Part shown: in pieces, positions 17,858 through 29,800 of the stretch
How positions within the stretch are numbered: the first letter of the stretch is position 1
How the letters are laid out: each line of letters starts with the position of its first letter
Origin: a virus
Length of the DNA stretch: 64,000 bases
Direction: 5' to 3' (one strand)
Virus record (IMG/VR): IMGVR_UViG_3300034520_000378
Notes under the pieces: model-generated
Told to the model about the DNA's origin: nothing
What the model saw: only the letters and a program-made list of their open reading frames with translations
Database searches by the model: none
Translations under genes and position numbers: made by a program

Positions 17858-18949
17858 CTAACGCACCTCTACCCTTTGAATATCTACGCCTGCCACAACA
17901 GTGTCCGTGGTACCGTCTGCGAACGTGTATTCCTGCCAGTCAAGCACTGTTTTTACACTGCTCTGTATTGCACCGTCCGCAAAATGCTGCACGTAGACTT
18001 CCTGTAATCTCTCGCCGCTGTACACCAGGTCTGCTGTGAACCGCTCGCCTTCCACCCTCACTACTCTATCCTCCTGGGCGGAATCGCGGAGGAGTCTGAT
18101 ATATCCCACTCCGGGTAGGAGCTCGACAGGTAGGTGTTCCCACCACAGGACGTTCTTGACTTCTGATACAAGGTCTATCTTGTCGTTTTCACCCGGTTCG
18201 CCGCTGTGGCGGTGTATCTTTGGGTGATGGTCGTCGGGCCCAATCTCCAAAAGCTCGCTGTGCTTAAGCTGCGGCTTTATCTCGGGCGGCTGCGGCGGGG
18301 GCGGCAGCTCGAGGTCTTCATAGTCGATGACCACGTCCGGCTTTCTGTCAAGGTCTACAGCTATCGTCTGGTCAAAGTAGAGGACCGCCCATGCATATAT
18401 CCTCGGCCCTGTACCTTCGGCTGTTCTCGAGAGCCTTGCCCTGAAATAAAGCCAGCTCCCGTCAGTCCTCAGTTCAACCACCTTGCCGCTGTTCGCCTCT
18501 ACTGTCTGAAAATCGAGGCCATTGTTGGATACCTCGAATACCACTTCGTCGCCCTGGTCGGCGAAATAGTCAACGAACAGCAGCACCTTCTTTATGTTGC
18601 AGCCGCTGCTTGGCTTGTACCCTTTTGATGTGACAAAGCCGCGAAAGCTGCCCGGCTTTAGTACCACACTCCGCTCATCTTCGCTGTACTCAATCCCGAG
18701 GCTATTGTTCATGTCAATCTTGCTTCCGTCGGGTAAAAGCTCGAGCCACATAGCGTTCACGTCGGGATGATGCTCGAACGCGTCAATGGCCATCCTGAGA
18801 AAGTCTTCATCCTGCTGGCGGAACGCCTCGCGCTGTAGCTCAAGCGCTATCTCCCGCAGCACGTTTATGTCTTCGGCAGATATTACCTGTCCTATATTGT
18901 CAATTGTGGGGATCAGTTCACGAAACCTTTCAAGTCTCTTTATATCCAA
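17858..18949 (-). CDS. Virion structural protein
   Basis: 'FEVSNNG..F', 'FRARLSR...PRIYAWAVLY', and the fibre-type His motif 'HSELLEIGPDDHHPKIH'. Confidence 0.55.
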   Translation of the reverse strand: MDIKRLERFRELIPTIDNIGQVISAEDINVLREIALELQREAFRQQDEDFLRMAIDAFEHHPDVNAMWLELLPDGSKIDMNNSLGIEYSEDERSVVLKPGSFRGFVTSKGYKPSSGCNIKKVLLFVDYFADQGDEVVFEVSNNGLDFQTVEANSGKVVELRTDGSWLYFRARLSRTAEGTGPRIYAWAVLYFDQTIAVDLDRKPDVVIDYEDLELPPPPQPPEIKPQLKHSELLEIGPDDHHPKIHRHSGEPGENDKIDLVSEVKNVLWWEHLPVELLPGVGYIRLLRDSAQEDRVVRVEGERFTADLVYSGERLQEVYVQHFADGAIQSSVKTVLDWQEYTFADGTTDTVVAGVDIQRVEVR

Positions 18950-18973
18950 CTTGGCTGCACCTTCCTTTCGGGA

Positions 18974-20110
18974 TTAGCTGTACTCAACATTGATTATCTC
19001 CGGTGCGTCGGGCGGTACTATATCGTCCGTGTTCACCTCTATTGTTACGGGCTCTGATTCGTTGCCAAGACAGTCGACCGCCGATATGCTGTAAGTGTAT
19101 GTCTGATATGCCTCGACGCTTGAGTCGGTAAATGATGTGCTGGCCGTCTCGCCCAGTACCACCGTGGTACCGTCCGGGTTCGTACGTCTCACTATATACT
19201 TCACCGCAATCCTGGGCACTTCAATCGGGCCGACTGCGTCCGACGGGTCAGAATACGCTCCGAGCGCCGAACGGGTTATAACCCTGTACATACCGCTTAT
19301 GCCAACAGCAGTGTCCGGCCCTTCCAATGATATAAGTACTGCACCGCCATGCTCACCATCTGCGGGGATTATCTCCGCCGCTGCGCTCTTCGGTGGCGGC
19401 ATCGGACCGGCAAATGATGGCGCATCCTCGAAAAACAGCTCCATTGTCTCGCCTATAACTTCCCATGTCGTTCCGCCATCCGTGGACTTTTGTATGATGA
19501 ACGGCACGTCGTCCAGTGCCTGGTCCAGTATTACCGTGCCTATCTCCGACGGCCACGACCTGTTACCATACCTGTCTGCCGCAACGACGTAGTATCTATA
19601 GGTGGTGCCTGCGGTGAACGGCGGCAGGTCATATTCTATCCCGACATAGCCGGTGCTCATGTTCGTTGACAGGCGAATATTTCTAACAGCAAGAGGTGGG
19701 GAGTAGTCTACGGCGGGCGGGGCCATCGGTGTTACCCCGCTCTGCTCTACACTTGAGTCAAGGAACTCCACACCGTCGTAGTAGTATGATGCCACGACCT
19801 CGCTTCCCTCCGGTGGGACCGGGTCGAGTTGTATAACTCCATCGACGTAATTGATACTGACTGGGATAACCTGCTCACCGTTTACGAACACCTTGATATC
19901 CCGCGTTTGTATTATGTTGCCGTGTGTGGTGTAGAACACGTCACCGACCCTGGTTAGGAAATCTCTTTCCACGTATATCGGGTTTTCTTCCGCAGGCTGC
20001 TTGACGATATATGCAAGCACGGGGTCGGCAGAATTCATTGCTCTGTAGACCAGGTAGTGCTCGGTTATGCTGTCCCTGTTTCGGTCAAACGATATCTTTA
20101 CGCGCTGCAC
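18974..20110 (-). CDS. FN3-domain structural protein
   Basis: 'TTYRYYVVAADRYGNRS' and 'FTDSSVEAYQTYTYSISAVDCLGNES', plus a 'KVFVNG' module. Confidence 0.7.
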   Translation of the reverse strand: MQRVKISFDRNRDSITEHYLVYRAMNSADPVLAYIVKQPAEENPIYVERDFLTRVGDVFYTTHGNIIQTRDIKVFVNGEQVIPVSINYVDGVIQLDPVPPEGSEVVASYYYDGVEFLDSSVEQSGVTPMAPPAVDYSPPLAVRNIRLSTNMSTGYVGIEYDLPPFTAGTTYRYYVVAADRYGNRSWPSEIGTVILDQALDDVPFIIQKSTDGGTTWEVIGETMELFFEDAPSFAGPMPPPKSAAAEIIPADGEHGGAVLISLEGPDTAVGISGMYRVITRSALGAYSDPSDAVGPIEVPRIAVKYIVRRTNPDGTTVVLGETASTSFTDSSVEAYQTYTYSISAVDCLGNESEPVTIEVNTDDIVPPDAPEIINVEYS

Positions 20111-22854
20111 TTACTGCTGACCTCCTTTACCAGCACCTTTTCAAGCACAAGGTGCTGCGGCGGATAGAGTTTGTCGCCGTCATCCGTCTCAACAAGGCTC
20201 AGCACCACATGCCTTACCCTGCCGGGGTACACCTCGTCGCCGTCCCAGTATTCGTACAGGAAGTACGTACCGGCGGCTTTGTACCTTTCCGCCTGCTTCT
20301 TTATGAACTCCTCGCTCCAGCCCCTTTCCTTGAGCCGGTTCGGCAGGAACACCCTGACGAGGCCGTTCCTCTGGAAGGGCTCGCCATCCAGATAGCCTAT
20401 GTCCCAGTAGTGCCTGCTCTCGGGCTCTATCTCGAACGCCCTGGCCATCAAGCTCTCTTTTACGCCACCGCCCCTTGACCGTGCGTCCAGGAGCTTTACA
20501 TCGCTGTGCGAGTAGGGGAACCCGATCCGTACCACGGCAAGCGCGAGGTGTGCCGGGTCCTGCGGCATCCTCAAGCTGTGATACACCTTCGACTCCAGCC
20601 TCTGTTCGATAGCAGGAGTTTTGGACATGTAGTAGTAGTCAACAAGGTACCGCTCTTCCAGCCTGCCGAACGGATCTATCTTGGCAGAAGGGTCAACTAT
20701 GAGTATCTCCCTCGTGCTGCCGTATACTTCCGTCCAGTAGGCCTCACTGCCGCCGAGCATCATACCGTCGCGCGCCCTGTATACCGCAATGCCGCGCTCT
20801 TTCAGGTAGTCGTTCTTCAGCCTCATCCTGAACGCCAGCCTGCCGCTTACACGCTCATAGCCCACGAATGCCAGCTCTTCCTGTTCGCTCCGCTTTACGT
20901 AGCTCACCACTGCCGCCGGCGTGATGCATATGTATACGTCCTTGCCAATCAGCGCGGAAGACGGTAGTTCTTCCATCGCATAACCTGGGAACATGCAGCT
21001 GTGCCCTCTGGCAGGATTAAGGTCCAGCCTGTAAAACCTGTCTCCCTCTTCAAACCCGCTGTAGTCAACTGAATCGGGCAGGTAGGAGTACTCGATTACT
21101 GCACCTTCCCCGGGAAACGGATCCCGAAACTTCACGATACCCGTGAACACGTCGACATAGTCTATTGCCAGCTCTCTGTCACCAGCAACCGCCCTTATAC
21201 CGGCTATGCTTCCGTCCGTCTTCACACTTGCGCAAACAGGGCTCTTTGCAAGCTTTACAGTGAAGCCGTCAACTGCAGCAGGGCTCGTTTCTGCCGTCTT
21301 CACAATGTTCGGGCCAGATATCGTGTATGCGTAGTACCGCCCATCATCCGCAGCTTCGATGTTTACCCCGCGCCTTATGCTTATGTGCCACGGCATATGT
21401 GCCGGTTTGTCACTGATGCATACATCAAGCGAGCGCCGTGTAAGCTTCACCGCATAGCTCTTTACAAAACATGAGGGGATGAACGTTTCTTCAATCTCGA
21501 CCACCATACCGCCGTGCGCGATGATCTCCCCGACGGTGCTGGCGATGGTACCGGCCGGCGTTATACATTCCTGTCCTCCTACCGTGCCGCGTATGTTAAC
21601 GTACCTCGTCTGTTCGGCGGGCTCTACTGTCACGGTCGCATCTTCCGGCATCCCGGCAAGGTCAACAGGGCTTATCGTCTTCACAGTTTTGCCGAACCCG
21701 TACCCCTCAGCGGCTTTGATGACGGTCTCGTATATCGTGCTGCCGTCTTTTTCCACCGTGAGCCGCAAGGCAGTAACTCTTCTGGGCGCCCTCAGGCCGA
21801 GCATGGCCAGGTTTTCGTTGGTGTAGGGGATCACCCTCCACTTCTTCCTTGAGTCAACCAGCAGCGGGTTAGGCGCGCCGGTGTCCACGCTTGTGCTGGC
21901 ATATACAGGGCTCTGCCCGTCAGAACGACAGCTGACCGCAACTTTGGGGTTATCCGATTCCGCGCTGTACCGCACCAGCGCATTTGCTGGTATATCCTTA
22001 AACAGGCTTTTGATAATGATCTCGCACTTTTCACCGGTCAGCACTTTCCTGCCGCCTACATACCCTTCCTGTTCGAATGGATAGAGGGACCTGCTGTTGT
22101 ATACATAGTCGCTTTTCCACGTGGTCATGTACGTCTTTACGGTCCCGTCCGGCAGTACCGCTTCGGCCTTTATCCTGTACCTGAAGAGCATGGGCGCCCT
22201 GTCATCAAACACCACACCGTCGTCCACGATTATCCTGCGCAGACCTATCTCGGACGCCTCCGCTATCCGGTACGTAAACCCTGCGATACCGGCCACCTGG
22301 TCATGAAGCATGAGCCCAACGGGATAAGGGCACAGCGTTTCGGTAACACGTTTTGTTTTGCCATCGTCGTCCACAGCATAGTAGGATACCGTGTATTCAT
22401 CATCCATCCTGAAGTTGGTGTATATAAAAGAGCGGTAGTACCGGCCGTCGGGCTCCATCACGATCATGACCCGGTGGTCGGATGGTAGCTGTCTCCCGTC
22501 CGCTGCTGATATGCTCACGCTGTTCGGATCGCGACTTGCGCACCTCTCTTTGCATACGTACACGTAAAACATTGGCTCGTCGCCGGCAAAGACATCGGTT
22601 ACCTCCACTGCTGCGAATTCATGGGCGTCGTTCCAGTTTTCGTCACACAGCACGCCGGCGGGGTTGGGGAACATCACGGTCAGCACGCAGTCCTCACTGT
22701 CGGTTACCGTGACAGGCTCAACTGATACTACGTCCGTTGTCTTAAGCTCCGGCGCTTCAAAGTAGCTTAAAACGACTTCGTCTTCGGCCTGCGCAGAAGT
22801 GCTGGTGATAAGCATCACCTTGGGCTCGGCATCATGGGGTCTTGTCGGCTGCAT
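20098..22854 (-). CDS. Large baseplate-associated structural protein
   Basis: 918 aa with C-terminal 'LDLNPARGH', 'DARSRGGG' and 'YWDIGYLDG' blocks, within the structural operon. Confidence 0.55.
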   Translation of the reverse strand: MQPTRPHDAEPKVMLITSTSAQAEDEVVLSYFEAPELKTTDVVSVEPVTVTDSEDCVLTVMFPNPAGVLCDENWNDAHEFAAVEVTDVFAGDEPMFYVYVCKERCASRDPNSVSISAADGRQLPSDHRVMIVMEPDGRYYRSFIYTNFRMDDEYTVSYYAVDDDGKTKRVTETLCPYPVGLMLHDQVAGIAGFTYRIAEASEIGLRRIIVDDGVVFDDRAPMLFRYRIKAEAVLPDGTVKTYMTTWKSDYVYNSRSLYPFEQEGYVGGRKVLTGEKCEIIIKSLFKDIPANALVRYSAESDNPKVAVSCRSDGQSPVYASTSVDTGAPNPLLVDSRKKWRVIPYTNENLAMLGLRAPRRVTALRLTVEKDGSTIYETVIKAAEGYGFGKTVKTISPVDLAGMPEDATVTVEPAEQTRYVNIRGTVGGQECITPAGTIASTVGEIIAHGGMVVEIEETFIPSCFVKSYAVKLTRRSLDVCISDKPAHMPWHISIRRGVNIEAADDGRYYAYTISGPNIVKTAETSPAAVDGFTVKLAKSPVCASVKTDGSIAGIRAVAGDRELAIDYVDVFTGIVKFRDPFPGEGAVIEYSYLPDSVDYSGFEEGDRFYRLDLNPARGHSCMFPGYAMEELPSSALIGKDVYICITPAAVVSYVKRSEQEELAFVGYERVSGRLAFRMRLKNDYLKERGIAVYRARDGMMLGGSEAYWTEVYGSTREILIVDPSAKIDPFGRLEERYLVDYYYMSKTPAIEQRLESKVYHSLRMPQDPAHLALAVVRIGFPYSHSDVKLLDARSRGGGVKESLMARAFEIEPESRHYWDIGYLDGEPFQRNGLVRVFLPNRLKERGWSEEFIKKQAERYKAAGTYFLYEYWDGDEVYPGRVRHVVLSLVETDDGDKLYPPQHLVLEKVLVKEVSSKCSA

Positions 22855-22857
22855 GCT

Positions 22858-23868
22858 TTATACCCCCGCTCTCCAGTGCTTGCTGTACGTGGTTATATCA
22901 AGCAGGTGCAGTACTGTATCACTCATTCCAAGCATGTGCAGTCCGCACCAATGGAACTGCCCAAGCAGCCGTGGCTCTGGAAAGGTTATATCCTTTCTGT
23001 ACAGTACCGATACGCCGTTGCCGTTCTCAGTATCGTATGCAAACCTTATATCCGTTATCGTCTTTACACATACCACCGCCGTGCTTGAACCGTACGTGAC
23101 ATCTACGCAGTAAGCAGGCCCGAACGAAGGGAAGGCATTGGTCATTTCATCCACGGCCGTCCGGATAGTCCTGGCGACGGCAGGGCTCACAACAGCACTG
23201 TCAACTACCTCGCTCGTGCCGCCTACTCTCTCAAGCACTATATTCCCCGCCTGAGGGCTGTACGTTACTTTGTAGCAGTCCACAGCGTCTGATTCGGAGA
23301 ACCTGACCGCTACCTGTGAAGCGCTGCTCAGGCCACTGGTATCGTCAAACGAAAACACGAACACCAGCCTGACCGAATCATCAGTCTCATTCTTGTACAG
23401 CGGTGTGAATGTCATGTTAAGCTCCGATGCCATGACTATCTTAAGTCCGCCGTATATCGTGTCGCCCCTGTCCAGTACCCCGCTCAAGGCGGTGACCATT
23501 CTGTCCGGGCCGGCAAACAGCAGCGCTGCATCGCTCAGCGAAGGTCTGATGGAGTAGACAGACCGCGGTTCCGACCCCTGCCCGGCGGCTATCAGCGCGT
23601 CTACCTCTGCTCTGGTATAGTACCGGTCGTCGTGGTTATGCTCAGCAGCGGCCAGCTGCTCCGCTCTAAGCCCGCCCACCATCTCGGCATTCAGACCAAC
23701 CTGAAGGCTGCCGTCCTTGGCAACGTGAACGGCGCTGCTGCTTACATGCTCTCCGATTGCACTGTCTATCTTGTCCCAGTTTTCGTTGAAGCTGGTGGTA
23801 AGCGTTGCCTTAACAAGGTCTTTCGGCTCGGCCTTGTTAAGGCCGAGCATGTTCGTCTTCGTTGCCAT
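22858..23868 (-). CDS. Tail fibre-like protein
   Basis: Fibre N-terminal anchor 'TNMLGLNK...FNENWDKID', plus 'LNAEMVGG' and 'HNHDDRYYT'. Confidence 0.65.
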   Translation of the reverse strand: MATKTNMLGLNKAEPKDLVKATLTTSFNENWDKIDSAIGEHVSSSAVHVAKDGSLQVGLNAEMVGGLRAEQLAAAEHNHDDRYYTRAEVDALIAAGQGSEPRSVYSIRPSLSDAALLFAGPDRMVTALSGVLDRGDTIYGGLKIVMASELNMTFTPLYKNETDDSVRLVFVFSFDDTSGLSSASQVAVRFSESDAVDCYKVTYSPQAGNIVLERVGGTSEVVDSAVVSPAVARTIRTAVDEMTNAFPSFGPAYCVDVTYGSSTAVVCVKTITDIRFAYDTENGNGVSVLYRKDITFPEPRLLGQFHWCGLHMLGMSDTVLHLLDITTYSKHWRAGV

Positions 23869-23883
23869 CTAAACTAGACCTCC

Positions 23884-26800
23884 TTACAACAGTTCTGGCG
23901 GCGTGGTGGCAAGGGTATCTATCGTGTACCTTGCGCAGTCATCGATGGTAAGACTATCCGATAGGTCCTGTATACGGTTGTTAACAATTCCGCTTATCGG
24001 CGCATCGCCGCCTATGAACACTGCAGCTACCGCCTCTTCAAACAGGTTGTCCGGCGATGTTGCCCTGATAATATCCCTGACATTCTGCGTGTTCGACGCC
24101 GTGTACTTCGTGACAAACTCGCCATAGGGGTTTGTCACGCCAAATGGCTGTTCTATGGTCCCACAGTCTGAGGTTACGACCACCCGTGCTCCGCTCACGG
24201 GCAGGCCGTTTTTCAGCACGCGCACCTTTACATTCGTGCTCCATCCCGGCTCGAGCTTGTCACTGTCCACTTCTGCTATGCATACAGCAGTAGGTGCTGC
24301 ATCGGTTACGGGGATGTTGATATTAACTGTTCCGGTATCGCATGATACGGATATACCGCCTTCTATTTCCCATAACGGCAGATAGAGGCTTGCGTTCCCG
24401 CCAAGGTCGGTGGTTACCGTGCTTACGCCGTTTCGGGTTGTTATGTCTATTGTCGTGCCAGCGGCCGGACTCCCGTCGGCATAGCATGCATGAATGTGGA
24501 TATACGCTTCCCTGTCTCGACCCGGCGTTACTGCACTGGGTGCTATGTTGATCACAAGCCGCTTTGCACCGAGCTCCACATCAGTTCTCTTAATCTTCAG
24601 GAAACCCTTGCTGATGTACAGATCGAGGGGATTGAGGCTTACCTCATCCCAGGCATGCAGTCCGTCATGCGACGTCTCATAATGCACAATTACCGGGTCG
24701 CCGGGCTTTGCCTTTTTGCTGTGCACCTTGATGGTAGCCCCGCCTTCGGGCGCTGTCGGGTCTATTGTGAAGGAGTCCATGACCCTGTACGATACTTCAA
24801 CGATGTCATACTTCAGCACCCTTACAGGGAGTATGAGCATGTTTGCACACAGCCTGAACCTGCTTATCGAGAACCATCTCTCGCTTCTGTCAGGCTTAAA
24901 CCTTATACTGACCGTATCCGGGTCTATATCCGGATACGCGAGGTAGACGTACTGCTCACCAAACCCTCTTATCGTCTCTACGCAGTCAAGGGAGAAGTAG
25001 TCATCACCGTTCTTGAACCTCACATACTTAAGCGGTGTGCCGTCCTGAAGCATGGCAGTAACGGGAGCCAAGCCCTGCGGCGTCGGGTACACCACGGCTG
25101 TCATGTTATCCCCGAGGAATGCAGTGTTCCTGGACACGATACCTCTGACAATGCATGCCTCGATATATCCCGTTCCACCGGAGCTGCATCTTACGAGCGC
25201 TACACCTTCAGGATACACACGTCCGACGGCGAACTCTGATATGCGCTCGGTTTCATCGCTTGATATGAGTCCATACTTGATAAACGCATCCAGGCATATA
25301 TCATCCAAAAGCCTGTGCCATTCTCCATCAGCGGGGACTGTGCCGCAGAATGCCATACTCCTTTCTTCCGCTGCCTCGCCGGTACTGATTACTGCTCTAA
25401 CCTCAGCATACACGGGTATTAATGGTACACCTGATTCGCTGCCGGACACGTCACTTCGACCGTACAGAAAACGCTCTTCACCGTTCACATAGTAGAACCC
25501 GTTCTTGGATGTTGGTATCCATTTGTGCGCTTCCGGAGCGTCTACAACAGCGGTGGCGTCTATTGCCACAAACGGCGTGCCGGGTATGTCAGCCACTCTG
25601 TTCACCCTTATTTCGATTCCAGCACCAAGCGGCAGACATGCGTATGAGTCGGCTTCCCAGTTCGGTTTGAAACCAATCAGCTTTATGGGCTCTTCTGCGG
25701 ATGGAAGCTTTACTTTCTGGACAGCTGGCGGCCCGTACAGCTCCGTATAGCTCTTCACAACCACCGTCTTGTCGTATGACAAAACCAGCACGTCGTCTTT
25801 GTCGGTTGTTGTGCTGCCGCCGCTGTTTTTGAACCTGGCATCAACTGCCGGGTTGTCCACCTCGAAGAAGTACTCGCTCACCTGCGCACTGTCGGGTAGC
25901 ACAAGGTCAACAGGCAGTTCTGCCGTGCCGCATATGTCAATGACTTTGTACGGTCCGCGCCATGTCCGCTTGCGCGGTACGGCATAGCTTTCGGCAAGGA
26001 CGGTTACATACCCGTCAGCTGCTGCAAACTCTGCCATACTGCCGCTCCATATTTCTATCCCTGCCGGCGACAACTCAGCATAGACGTTCGGATCACCGTT
26101 CAGTTCGGCTACTATGACGAACTTACTGTAGCGGTCTATGTCCGGAAAAGCAGCCCTTGCTCCTATGCTCGTCGGATAAGCTCTACTAGCCCAGCCCTGG
26201 AAGCTTTTCACCAGCTCCGCCTCATAGCTTGCTACCACCCTGTCGCCGGTTGAAGCTGTGTCGGATGCGGAATTGAGCCATCTTACGGTTGCACCTTCGG
26301 TAATGCTGTTCACGGTCAGCTTCCACGTCACATCGCTTCCGGTATAGACATTCCCATCGCGACCCAAAGGCTGAAGCTGTGCTGTATCGGCTATCACTTT
26401 CAGGCCGTCGCGCTTGTAGACCGTATCGTCGAAGTGCCATGTGGTGGTTGTGGTAAAAGGCACTAGCGGATAAGCGTAAATGGGCGAGACACCGCAGTTT
26501 ACTGCGTACACCGCGCTTCTTTCGTCTAGCGATACAACCTCTACCTGTTCGAACAGATGATAGGAGTTAGGACTGACAAGCGCTTCGAGCTTTGATACGG
26601 CAGCCGGAGTGACGTTGTTCAGCCCTGCAAAGAAGTCCAGGTGGACGTCCCCGTATACGCTCTCCACCCTTACGGTATGCACCGTCGAGCTTAAGCCCCA
26701 GATCAGAACGAAGTTATCACCGGTATCCTTGGTGTAGAATTCGCCTACCTTCACATCGTCCACGTATATTACAGCAAAACCGTCATTGTGGTCGCTGCCT

Positions 26801-29800
26801 CTGAACTGGACGGCAACACTCGTGGATGGCACTGAAAACGTGGCTTGTGCGTATGATAAAGGTCTCATCCATACCACTTTGCCGTCGGGTGACAGGTAAC
26901 ACCCGGAGCTTTTTTGTACGGTATCCGATTTTGCATCCACCTTTTCGCTTACCGTCCAGTCTATATACCCTTTTACGTGGAACGCATGCGGTGGAGAGAC
27001 CGATACAGATGAGTCGACGCCCTGCGGGTTTGACTGGGAAGCTGTTCTGTCAAGCTCGGCTATGCTGAACTCGCTAGTGGATAGGGGGACGGTCGATACG
27101 GTAACCTGCCCGCTTTTCGCTACGACCATATCGCCGTGTACCTCAGCGTATACATTACTGCCGCTCTTTATCACTACTTCATAGCCCTGTATGGTGTAAT
27201 AATCGGCTGTCAGGAAGTCCTGCGGCAGCTCCGTGCCGCCCTGTGCGATGTAGTCGGCTATTATTTGGTCCACTGTCTTCGCATCTGCGGGCTGGTATTC
27301 AAAGCCACCTTTTGCAGTGCCGATCAGGCTGGGTATCGTACCCGTCTTGATTACGCTCCGCCTTATATCCTCTACAACGGCTATAAGATTGGAGCCCCAA
27401 TCGCTGTTTGTTATGTTAAGCGTTATACCGCCCGTCTCCTGAGCTATCTGGGAATACGGATTACAGTCATTCGGGTTTATTATGCCGGTGAGTATCACAC
27501 CGCTGGCCTTCAGGCTGCTTATCAATGCCGGGATGTCGTAACTGCCCATATCCCGCGCGCCTTCGTCGCTGACCAGCACAAAATACTTGACCGCCCCGTC
27601 CCTGAACTGGTAGTTGGTCAGCGCAAAGTTAATGGCATTAATCCCGTTTTCCTCGCCACTAGTCACCGACACAGTGCTCTGGACCATTGCCTGGAAGCTA
27701 GCGCTGTCGGTTGCCCAGTCCTTGCCATTGTACAGTACTTTCTTTGCATCGGCCAGGTACTTGACGACGCCGAGTCTGTAGTCTATATTCTTCTGGGTTA
27801 GCGTGTCCGTAAATAGCTGGGCATTGCTGGCTATGTTCGCCACGTCGTCGTCCATAGACCCGCTGACATCAATGATCCAGATGATGTCGGCCGGCGCTAT
27901 CACGCTGGAGTCCTGATACGTTACCTTGAGGTCGTACGTGAACTGCTGGTCGACAAACTCGGCATATCTTACAGAGCCATTGACCTTCCATCTGGCCGGT
28001 ATGGGCTCGTACACTTCCGCAGAGACGCTTACATCCACATCGGCACCTGGCTGCAGCTTCAGGTCGAGCGAGTATGCCCCGTAGTCGCGCTCGGCCATCT
28101 CTATCCCTCTGGCGCCAAACCTTACGGCGCATTTGGCACTCCCGGGAACTTCTTTTACCTCTTCGACCCTTTTGACAGCCCTCGTTATTACTACTGCCTC
28201 AGGCTGAGCAGGCTTTATGAAGGTTTCAAGGTCGGTGCCGTCGCCTATACCGCTTGAGAAGCCAGGTATAAACCTCGGGGTATCTTCCGTGTAGACGTTG
28301 CATTCTATCTCGGAGAACTCGTCGCTCAAGGTCACTGACGCCATAACCGGCGCGCTCTTGTATCCGCGCCTGTCTATGGCAACCAGGATGCGCGTATAGG
28401 TCTTGCCTGGCTCAAGGTTGTACTCTATATAGTCCCTGCTGTCAGCCGACAGCCGTGCTATTTCCGTCCCGGCGGTGTCGTACAGAATGAAGCCGCTGAC
28501 CGTACCGTAATGATCCCAGGTCCACCGCACTACTCTTGGCGAGAGTGCCGTTCCTTCAAACAGAACGGGGATCTCGATGTTTACCAGTCCAGCGGCGCCA
28601 AAAGTCTCCGCACTTGCGTATACCACCGGGCTGGCCGTGCCTTTTCGCATCGCTCTGATACCGCGCGTGTAAAGCGTCCCGGGCAGTAAGCCTTCTTCAA
28701 TATAGCTGGTAACACCTTGAGGCAGGATTGCAATGACGTTGCCCTGCTCGTCTATTAGCTCGTAACTGTCAGCCAGCCCGACAGAAGACCATACCCACTT
28801 GATACTGCTTATGTTCAACGCCTGGCCTTCAAATGACGAGGGCGGATAAGGCGTCTGTATAGGCACAAACACACTTGCCTCAACCGGTTGGGACTCGCCC
28901 ACGTTGTTTGCAGCGGTCAGCCTGCGTGTGACCGTTATACCGTCGTCAGTTATGGGCTCGGTGTAGAGTGTCGTGTTTGCAGGCAGTGCGGCTATCCTGA
29001 CGCCGGAGGCGTTATACACGAAATACGAGGTCTCAATCGCGCTTACGTCATTCCAGGTCCACTCTATGTAGCCGTTTTTGACCGTGCCTTTGAAGTTGGT
29101 CGGCACTTCCGGCGGGCGCGGTGTGCTCTTTAAGTATGCCCATACATAGCAGTTACCGGTAGTGGTGTAGACTACCGGTTCGCTCAGCTTAAAGTACGGC
29201 TGTACAAAGATGTCCGCTGCTCTTACGGTGTAAGCGTAGACGATGAATTCATCCTGGGCCGCACCGAGCGCTGCAGCTCTTTGGTCCACGTACGGCTTCA
29301 TCATGTTATAGACAGTGGTTGAGCTCACGGGCTGGCTGTTTGCAAGGTCCGTGGCTGACGTGTCGAGCGTACCGGTAAACGAAGCCTCAACATCCGTCTG
29401 CAGCACGGCTTCTCTGTATACTCCGGCAAACCTTACGCCGCTGCCCTTGATCGTGGCAACACCGTACGAGCCGTTCAGTATAGGCGTGTCAGTATCGGTA
29501 TAGTCAAATACCACACTGCCATTTGCCTCTATCCTTATCCTGTTTGATACAAGCGTGACTTTGATAAGGACGAAATCGCCGCTCCTTACAGGCACGTTGG
29601 TCTCAGCAAGCACCCGCGGAGTGTTGTTCGTCACCTTTATAAGCCTGGTGTTTTGCTGCCAGCCGAGCGCGCCGTCATCCAGCAGGAAACAGTAGTAATT
29701 GGATGCATCAGCCACGCGAAACGCTATACCAACAGCACCTGACTTGAGCTGCGGTATTATAACGGGAACGGTGACTGAATAGTCCATCAGCTCGACAGCA

